Shown piece by piece: positions 18,755-24,841 of a DNA stretch of 64,000 nucleotides. The stretch is from a virus. Where the stretch lies: positions 2,081 to 66,080 of the IMG/VR virus record IMGVR_UViG_3300009826_000003; one strand, written 5' to 3'. How positions within the stretch are numbered: position 1 is the first letter of the stretch; each line of letters starts with the position of its first letter. A program made the position numbers and the translations under genes. The notes under the pieces were generated by a model. The model saw only the letters and a list, made by a program, of their open reading frames with translations, did no database searches and was not told where the DNA came from.

Positions 18755-18930
18755 TGGCTGTAGCCAGATTCGAACTGGCCCAAGGCTTTTCGGCTCTTGT
18801 TCCTAATCCGCTCTTATTTGGCTTCTAAGCCTTCGGAGCGTCTGTCAGGTACTAAGACCCTTGGACGCTCCGAAAACGGCTCAGAAGCGCTCTCAGGCCG
18901 GTCTAATGGCCTGTTTGGAGCGGTACAGCC
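18755..18930 (-). ncRNA. 176-nt tRNA-like RNA with large structured insertion
   Basis: Acceptor GGCTGTA/TACAGCC, T-arm GCCAG-TTCGAAT-CTGGC, nested internal helices; fills the intergenic gap. Confidence 0.8.
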
Positions 18931-18939
18931 AGCAGCAGG

Positions 18940-19428
18940 TTACTGCTGCATGTTGAGATGACCTTTGGCAAGACGGAGAAGCGAATTGTATTCATCCCGC
19001 TTCTCTTTGGGAACTTCAATGTAGTTACCCATACCAACCACGAAACGCCAAAGACCTTCCAGCACAACAACTTTCTCTCTAGCTTTCATTTTCGGATAGC
19101 TAGGTGAACGGTTGTATGAACGTCGCGCGAAGCGCTCCGTTTCTTTGGCTTCCGCTATCACCAGGTCAATCAGTTGCCTTCTGCTGTAGGACTTTTCGAG
19201 TCCCTTAGCAATGTGGTTGTCCCACAAGGCTTTCCATGCTTCGATGTCATCGCTGTTCCAGAAAGAGCGATTCTGAAACTCGAATTTCGCAGGGGGAGTA
19301 ACGATTTCGTCGTTTTTCCGCCACGAATCAATGATGACGGCATCTGCGCCGATTGCGCGCGAGATGTCATAAATCGAAAGCATGACAACTTCCTTACCTG
19401 TTGACAGGTCAGTGATTTTCTCTGCCAT
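18940..19428 (-). CDS. Hypothetical protein, possible N-terminal HTH (array gene)
   Basis: 162 aa, LSIYDISRAIGADAVIIDSWR; start after repeat 7 RBS. Confidence 0.7.
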   Translation of the reverse strand: MAEKITDLSTGKEVVMLSIYDISRAIGADAVIIDSWRKNDEIVTPPAKFEFQNRSFWNSDDIEAWKALWDNHIAKGLEKSYSRRQLIDLVIAEAKETERFARRSYNRSPSYPKMKAREKVVVLEGLWRFVVGMGNYIEVPKEKRDEYNSLLRLAKGHLNMQQ

Positions 19429-19512
19429 GTTTCCATCCCTTTCTGTCCCTAGATCGTTCGTCTAGCGGACAACACCAAAAGCGTTAGCCTGTAACGCTTT
19501 TGATGCAATCAG

Positions 19513-19692
19513 CTAGCTCACAAGCTGCTCAGCAGCTTCTATGGCTTGCTTCTTATTGGCGTAAGAGCCATTCATCAACTGGTGGCCCTTCCAGATACGC
19601 CAGAACTTTTTAGGCGATTGCATAACGTGGATGTCGTGCTTATCGTCATGCATTCCGCCCCAATGGTTTTCACGCCAAACGATGTTACTCAT
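19513..19692 (-). CDS. 59-aa protein missed by ORF track
   Basis: MSNIVWRENHWGG...AIEAAEQLVS; ATGA overlap; stop is the CTAG of repeat 7. Confidence 0.75.
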   Translation of the reverse strand: MSNIVWRENHWGGMHDDKHDIHVMQSPKKFWRIWKGHQLMNGSYANKKQAIEAAEQLVS

Positions 19693-19895
19693 TTTTGCGA
19701 TCCTTCCTCTTGTATCTGCTCCAAGAGACCGCGCAGGCGCGAATTCTCTTCTTGCAGAGCGGAAATGGATTCAGCACGTTCTTTCGCCCAAACGTGTTGC
19801 ATCACTTCCATTTCGTCTGGGTCGCTTGGGTCGAAATCAACACCAGGTACCCAACCGTCACCTTGGACATATTGCCCATCTTCCAGATACGGCAT
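19689..19895 (-). CDS. Small acidic hypothetical protein (array gene)
   Basis: MPYLEDGQ..., 68 aa, after repeat 8 RBS. Confidence 0.75.
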   Translation of the reverse strand: MPYLEDGQYVQGDGWVPGVDFDPSDPDEMEVMQHVWAKERAESISALQEENSRLRGLLEQIQEEGSQK

Positions 19896-19968
19896 TTTTC
19901 CATCCTCTCTTTCTGTCCTAGCGGACAAGGCCAGATACGTTGGCGCGCAACGTATCTCGCCCAATGCG

Positions 19969-20202
19969 CTAGACCGGGAGAAGGTCTTGGTATTCGTTAT
20001 GGTTCAATTCACCAAAAACGAAGCGCTGCATGGCTTTTGCAACGTCTATAGGCTTTCCGCCCATTGGAACGTCGCGACCATGCCCAAGCTCCCAACCATA
20101 ACCAGGCTGTTTGTACCAGATTTGGACGCGACCCTGACTCTCTAGGTGCATCACCTGGTAACGCCAACCTTCGGCATTCTTGAATTCAAGAAGTAGCCTC
20201 AT
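19969..20202 (-). CDS. Small hypothetical protein (array gene)
   Basis: MRLLLEFK..., 77 aa; RBS GAAGGGGATGGAAACC; stop in repeat 8. Confidence 0.75.
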   Translation of the reverse strand: MRLLLEFKNAEGWRYQVMHLESQGRVQIWYKQPGYGWELGHGRDVPMGGKPIDVAKAMQRFVFGELNHNEYQDLLPV

Positions 20203-20294
20203 GGTTTCCATCCCCTTCCAGTGATCCAATTTGAATCACCAACTAGGCCAAGGGATTTCGGTTGTGTAAGCTCGAAATCCCTTGGCAACATTGG

Positions 20295-20453
20295 TTATTC
20301 AACATCATCTTGATGCAGAAGGCGAATATCGTTGCTGTAGACCTTGATTGCTGGAAATTGTCCATTGTCGCCAGCATCCCAAAGAGCAATGTATTCGATA
20401 CCGTCGAACTTGATACGGTCACCTTCACGCACTTTCATTGCAAGTGCCATCAT
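20295..20453 (-). CDS. Small hypothetical protein (array gene)
   Basis: MMALAMKVREGDRI..., 52 aa, after repeat 9 RBS. Confidence 0.7.
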   Translation of the reverse strand: MMALAMKVREGDRIKFDGIEYIALWDAGDNGQFPAIKVYSNDIRLLHQDDVE

Positions 20454-20526
20454 GTTTTCCACCCTCTTTCTTGTCCTAGCGGACAACGCGAAACCCTAAC
20501 GCAGAGTTAGGGTTTCACGCAATCAG

Positions 20527-20760
20527 CTAGAAATCGTTTCTAGCGCAGGCGATTTCGTAACCTTCCATGTCTCCGATTTCGTCATCGTAGACAGAAGGGT
20601 TATCGCGCCAGTTGTCGCGCAACCGCTGACCAAAAGCGTTGTATTGCGCGTTGCACTCAGGGCAGGAAACGTCACCCTGACCACGGTACCGGGAAACTAT
20701 TGCGCCGCAAGCGCATTCCCATTCCGAATGTCCATCATCGAACCTCTTGACGTTGGCCAT
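20527..20760 (-). CDS. Small zinc-ribbon protein (array gene)
   Basis: CACG...CPECNAQYNAFGQRLR, 77 aa, bounded exactly by repeats 9 and 10. Confidence 0.8.
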   Translation of the reverse strand: MANVKRFDDGHSEWECACGAIVSRYRGQGDVSCPECNAQYNAFGQRLRDNWRDNPSVYDDEIGDMEGYEIACARNDF

Positions 20761-20840
20761 TTTTCCATCCTCTCTTTCTGTCCTAGCGGACAACCCCAAA
20801 CCCCTTCTCGCGGAAGGGGTTTCGGGCAATGCGCTAGGCA

Positions 20841-21437
20841 TTACGCGGCAACGAAGGCATCGCCAACCTGCGCCAGATGAATTTGCTTGTTAGCTTCCAT
20901 CTGGAATTCGCGCAGGCGACCCTTGCCGACGTGCGCCAGGCGCATAGGGATAAGAGCAATTCCCTTGAGCACCTTGGCATTCCGCCGCGCTTCGAAAAGT
21001 TCGTTGTCAATCACCATGAGGTCACCGGCAACAACGTTCTTAGCTGCTTTCCGAAGGTTCATTTTTCCATCTCCTTTTGGTTGGTGGTTGCGACGTTGTG
21101 CCACAACCTTTTTCGGCTCAGCCTTCTTAGGCTGTTCCTTTGGCTCTTCCTTCTCTAGACCCTTGACGCATGGGAAAATGTCTACGTCAGAACCGTATTG
21201 CTTGCGTCCTTCCTCATCGCTCAAATCCCAATCGCTGTAGTGATCGCTGTAAATAGCGTCCACAATTTCATCAGCGTTTTTGGCATCCAAGATCCAAGGT
21301 GCTCCGCAGGCGCGATCTTCAAGCACTGCCCAATGGTATTTGGGTTGCTTGATGTCTCGACAGTCTGGCGCGTGGACGTGCATTGCGCCGCGACCGAAGT
21401 TGATTCCGTTGGGGCCAAGTATCCGAACCTTAACCAT
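20841..21437 (-). CDS. Hypothetical two-domain protein with internal in-frame start
   Basis: MVKVRILG..., 198 aa; internal GGAGATGGAAAA-ATG at 21062. Confidence 0.75.
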   Translation of the reverse strand: MVKVRILGPNGINFGRGAMHVHAPDCRDIKQPKYHWAVLEDRACGAPWILDAKNADEIVDAIYSDHYSDWDLSDEEGRKQYGSDVDIFPCVKGLEKEEPKEQPKKAEPKKVVAQRRNHQPKGDGKMNLRKAAKNVVAGDLMVIDNELFEARRNAKVLKGIALIPMRLAHVGKGRLREFQMEANKQIHLAQVGDAFVAA

Positions 21438-21564
21438 TTTTCCATCCCCTATCTTGTCCACTGTCTAGCGGACAACGCCAGAAGCGTTGATTACCAACGC
21501 TTCTCGCGCAATCAGCTAGCTTCGAATCATCACCAGGCCAGCGTAACCAAGGCCGCGATTCTCA

Positions 21565-21663
21565 TTAATCGTCATGGCACCTGCACAGGCACCACTCATG
21601 CGTGCAGTTCTCATGCCCGTTCAATTCACAGACACGCTGGTCAAACTCCCGTTGTTCGTTCAT
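21565..21663 (-). CDS. 32-aa Cys/His-rich peptide
   Basis: MNEQREFDQRVCELNGHENCTHEWCLCRCHDD, directly after repeat 12 RBS. Confidence 0.55.
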   Translation of the reverse strand: MNEQREFDQRVCELNGHENCTHEWCLCRCHDD

Positions 21664-21739
21664 TTTTCCATCCCCTATCTTGTCTGCTGTTCTAGCGGAC
21701 AACGCCGAAATCGTTACCGTGGTAACGATTTCCGCGCAA

Positions 21740-21985
21740 TCAGCTAAACATTTCCTTCTCTAGTTGGAACCTGTCATCTTCGGCTTGCTGCGCCAGCGCC
21801 AATCGGAGTACCGATTTCCAGTTAGCGATTCTTGCTGCCTCTTGCATGTAAGAGCCGCAACCGTGACCGTGCATTTTCTCCGAAAGTGCTTCCAGCACAA
21901 GCATTTTGCTTACCCTCTGTTCGTTCTTTCGAGCGTTAACAGCGATAAAGTTTGCCATGACCTTAGCAGCTTCCATCTTTTTCAT
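21740..21985 (-). CDS. Small hypothetical protein (first array gene)
   Basis: 81 aa, RBS GGGGATGGAAAA; TGA stop inside repeat 12. Confidence 0.75.
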   Translation of the reverse strand: MKKMEAAKVMANFIAVNARKNEQRVSKMLVLEALSEKMHGHGCGSYMQEAARIANWKSVLRLALAQQAEDDRFQLEKEMFS

Positions 21986-22040
21986 TTTTCCATCCCCTAT
22001 CTGTAGGTTGCCGAAATAACCCTTCCGGCAAGGGAAGTGA

Positions 22041-22119
22041 GAGCCAAGGCCGGAATCGAACCGGCACAGGTAGGGCGATCATCTTCGCGGTACCTGCTTT
22101 CATCAGCGGCCACCAGGCT
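22041..22119 (-). ncRNA. 79-nt tRNA-like RNA with aberrant D and anticodon arms
   Basis: Acceptor AGCCTGG/CTTGGCT (one mismatch), T-arm GCCGG-TTCGATT-CCGGC, central helix CAGGTA/TACCTG. Confidence 0.65.
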
Positions 22120-22522
22120 AGCTCATGTCTAAGGGCGAATCTCATTGCGCCATCAAGCTTTTCAGTTGCGCTCATTGCCTAGCTGGATTGACTAGTTTGT
22201 CAGAACAACTGAAAAGCCAGAAGGCGCAACGGATTTCGCAATCCGTTGCACCCTTTGAGGGATAGAATGGAAAATATTTTCATCTACTACCTAGGGTCCG
22301 TTTCCGCTTCGCCTCTTTCGTCATCTTGCAGCTAGTCCCTTCGCGCGCAACCGCTTTCATCAGGAAACTCCGAATAGTGTTGGCTAGCTCCGCATCTCGC
22401 GGACCTTCGGCTTTCGACTCTGTTCAGTTCTCAAATTTCACGCTGACCCTGGCTGGCGGGGGAAGTTCGTCGGTCCCGTTTGCGCGGGGGAGAGGTTCGC
22501 GCCTCTCCTAACTTCCAACTAC

Positions 22523-22552
22523 ACCGTATCACGTTTTTAGGCACCATGTCAA
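22523..22552 (-). promoter_or_regulatory. Sigma70/SigA-type leftward promoter for the array
   Basis: TTGACA-N18-TACGGT on the minus strand. Confidence 0.6.
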
Positions 22553-23414
22553 ATCGGCGTTAATCCCTTGTGGCAGAACACAATTGGACGATACTGAAAG
22601 CCTTACGGTAAGCCTCACTGTAATCCTTACCGAAAGCCTATCCCCAGAAGTGCCAGGTCGCGCACCTAGCGCGCGAAATCCCTTGGCGCGTAAGGGTTTA
22701 ACGCTCTATATCTGGCCTGCGCTGGCTCTTCCTGGTCGAATACCCTGACCAGGGAAAACGTCTGAAATGGCCTGTGGCGCGCGAAAATAACCCTCCTGGT
22801 ACGTCCGTTCATGGGAGCGCTGAAAACGGCTCAGAATCGCTCTGAGCGCCAGCAATGGCCCTTCTAGCGTTTGGCGCTGTGAATCAAGCGCTTTGAGCGT
22901 TTCCGGCCGGAAATCGCTTGGGAAATCGGCTGATTCGCCCTCTAACGCTGCTAGACCTCGCACGGGACCAGAGCCACCAGCAGCGCGGAAACTTCGCCTG
23001 GCGTGGCGCTGAGAAGGGTGTAAGGTGGCCTGCATGGTGGCAGGCTAGCAGGTGGTCCCGACAGGGTATCTCCGCCTGGTCAGAGCACTTGTCTAGACTG
23101 TCTAAGTAAATTGGTCGGTGGTCTGTGGTCAGACCTCGCGCGTAGGGTCGAAGCAAGCGAAAACCCTTGGGAAATCAAGGCTTTCGCAAAAGGGTTGGTA
23201 TATAAGGGATTAACGCAAGAGCCATCTAAATCCAGTTGGTGTCTAAGTTGGCCAATCTGGATGGTGGGCATTTTGCCCAATCTAAACGTTAATCCCTTAT
23301 ATACCAGGTGATTTGACCTCTGACCTCTGTTATGGTAGCGTCTGTATATCCCCTGCTCAGGGGACGGATTCTAGCGAATCCTGTTCTTACACATAGAGAA
23401 TAGAGGAAATCACG

Positions 23415-24245
23415 ATGGCTAATCAGTCAGTCATCAGTGATGCCAAGGTATTTGGGCAATCGGTCAAAGCCGGTGGTTTGTACCTTGGCGTCATTGTGGC
23501 CAGAAACGTCGAACCAGCTTCACCAGGTAGACCTCCGAAAAACGTTCCCAAGGAAACGAATTCGAGCGGCAAGGTCTCAATGAATGAGTTTGCCAAGCTA
23601 TCTGGTGTAAGCCTTGCTACGGTCCAGCGGTATTACCGCGCCTATGAGGAGCTGAGTAAGGCTGAGGCAGGCTTTGAGCCACCAGACCAGTTACAGCCTG
23701 GTGTTGATCCTGCTGAGCTTGAAAACGCTTCTGAGGAAACAACTTCGGAGATGGAAGACCTTTGGAAAAAGTGTGTTCGTCGCGCTCGAAACGGCGATGA
23801 AGACACGAAATCCCAAGGTACAGAACAGAAGTCACCGAAGGAAGAGAAGCCGAAACGTCTGTCGATTGATCCTGAAGATGAGGACAACAACGAACCTAGC
23901 AGCGAAGAGGTTGAGAAGGTCGGAGCAGAATTGCGCCAGGACGCTCAAATCGACGCTGTATCAAAGGAATCCGCGGAGGAAGCTACATTTGAGCTTCTGA
24001 CTGAGTTGATCCAGATTCGGCAGGACATCGAAAGAGCAAAGGAAGCAATGGATTTGGCGGTTATGTATGCGCCAGTAGACGATGAGCGATCCAGCGAACA
24101 ACTGGACTTGATCGAAAACTACGCTACCGCAATCCTTTCCGCGCTCCCCAAGTTCAAGAGCGATGAGGCGGAAGCCAAAGAGCTTGAGAACAAAGAGGTT
24201 TCGGAGCCACAACAGAAACCGGCAACAACTGAAACTAAAAAATAG
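23415..24245 (+). CDS. Acidic early protein with HTH-like segment
   Basis: VSMNEFAKLSGVSLATVQRYY; first rightward gene after the divergent region. Confidence 0.65.
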   Translation: MANQSVISDAKVFGQSVKAGGLYLGVIVARNVEPASPGRPPKNVPKETNSSGKVSMNEFAKLSGVSLATVQRYYRAYEELSKAEAGFEPPDQLQPGVDPAELENASEETTSEMEDLWKKCVRRARNGDEDTKSQGTEQKSPKEEKPKRLSIDPEDEDNNEPSSEEVEKVGAELRQDAQIDAVSKESAEEATFELLTELIQIRQDIERAKEAMDLAVMYAPVDDERSSEQLDLIENYATAILSALPKFKSDEAEAKELENKEVSEPQQKPATTETKK

Positions 24246-24253
24246 AAAGCGAC

Positions 24254-24295
24254 CCTCCACGCGGAATTCATATTCTGTTCTCCGCGTGGAGGTTT
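24254..24295 (+). terminator. Hairpin (terminator or processing site)
   Basis: CCTCCACGCGGA/TCCGCGTGGAGG 12-bp stem followed by only TTT. Confidence 0.55.
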
Positions 24296-24296
24296 C

Positions 24297-24361
24297 GCCG
24301 TTCCCTGGTGGCGCGCTACCCTGCTGTGGTAGCGTGAAAGGTTCAAATCCCTTGAGCGGCA
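24297..24361 (+). ncRNA. 65-nt D-armless tRNA-like RNA, anticodon-position GCT (Ser)
   Basis: Acceptor GCCGTTC/GAGCGGC, 9-bp stem with 7-nt loop CTGCTGT, T-arm AAAGG-TTCAAAT-CCCTT. Confidence 0.65.
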
Positions 24362-24389
24362 CGGTATTTGAGGAAAGGAGATTATAGGA

Positions 24390-24572
24390 ATGGAGCCAGA
24401 ATGGGAAGATCGCTTTTCTGATGATGACATCCAACCGGATGTTGAGCTATCACCAGAAGAGGAAGAGAAACGGAAGATGGCGCAATTAAAGGAATTGTGT
24501 GATCTAGAAGGTCTTCCGTACCCTAACGAATTGCGCGAATATATCGGCAGAATGAGGGGGATAACTGAATGA
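24390..24572 (+). CDS. Small acidic hypothetical protein
   Basis: 60 aa, ATGA overlap with next gene. Confidence 0.65.
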   Translation: MEPEWEDRFSDDDIQPDVELSPEEEEKRKMAQLKELCDLEGLPYPNELREYIGRMRGITE

Positions 24573-24841
24573 GCAACAATAAGTCTCCTTCTGATAGACG
24601 CCGAAACTTCGCTTCTCACAACAGTTTTAACCCGATTCACAAGGTAGAGCTAGACCAGCGTAAAACCATTTGGTGTACGGAATGCGAATGGCACCAATCG
24701 GATAGCTGGAAAGCAAGAAATAGACTTGGGCACCATATGGTAAATGAGCACCCTGATATTGTGCTATTTAAGCGTGGCCAATTACCACCAGATTTCGTTG
24801 ATGAGGTCAACCCAATAGGAGGAAGGTGTGTTAATGAATGA
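24569..24841 (+). CDS. Small protein with C2H2-like zinc finger
   Basis: WCTECEW...GHHMVNEH. Confidence 0.65.
   Translation: MSNNKSPSDRRRNFASHNSFNPIHKVELDQRKTIWCTECEWHQSDSWKARNRLGHHMVNEHPDIVLFKRGQLPPDFVDEVNPIGGRCVNE

Larger units (their letters stand above)
15143..21747 (-). repeat. Array of 12 dispersed structured intergenic elements (stop codon + long hairpin + RBS)
   Basis: Copies at 15143-15222, 15707-15784, 16066-16143, 16544-16623, 16882-16958, 17430-17489, 19429-19516, 19896-19972, 20454-20530, 20761-20837, 21438-21519, 21664-21747. Minus-strand consensus: CTAGYKSATTGNNN-[11-bp stem, 5-nt loop]-NNNTTGTCCRCTAGGACARRAAAGAGRATGGAAAA-ATG. Confidence 0.97.

Noticed and set aside
18755-18930. 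tmRNA
   Set aside because: No G3-U70 pair, about half the usual length, insertion on the D-arm side, and no evident tag reading frame.
15143-21747. CRISPR array
   Set aside because: Spacers are whole genes of 150-1900 bp, repeats vary internally, and there is no cas operon. The lone Cas4-like gene is a common phage exonuclease.
15143-21747. Classical integron with attC sites
   Set aside because: No integron integrase or other tyrosine recombinase, and no RYYYAAC/GTTRRRY cores. The G-U asymmetry favours mRNA structure. Cassette-like behaviour by homologous recombination remains possible.
21963-22175. 70-aa minus-strand ORF as a real gene
   Set aside because: It runs through the tRNA-like element and overlaps the RBS and start of 21985 in another frame; RNA structure explains the sequence better.
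22706-23311. ORFs in the divergent control region
   Set aside because: No RBS, mutually overlapping on both strands, and no recognisable protein features; treated as non-coding.
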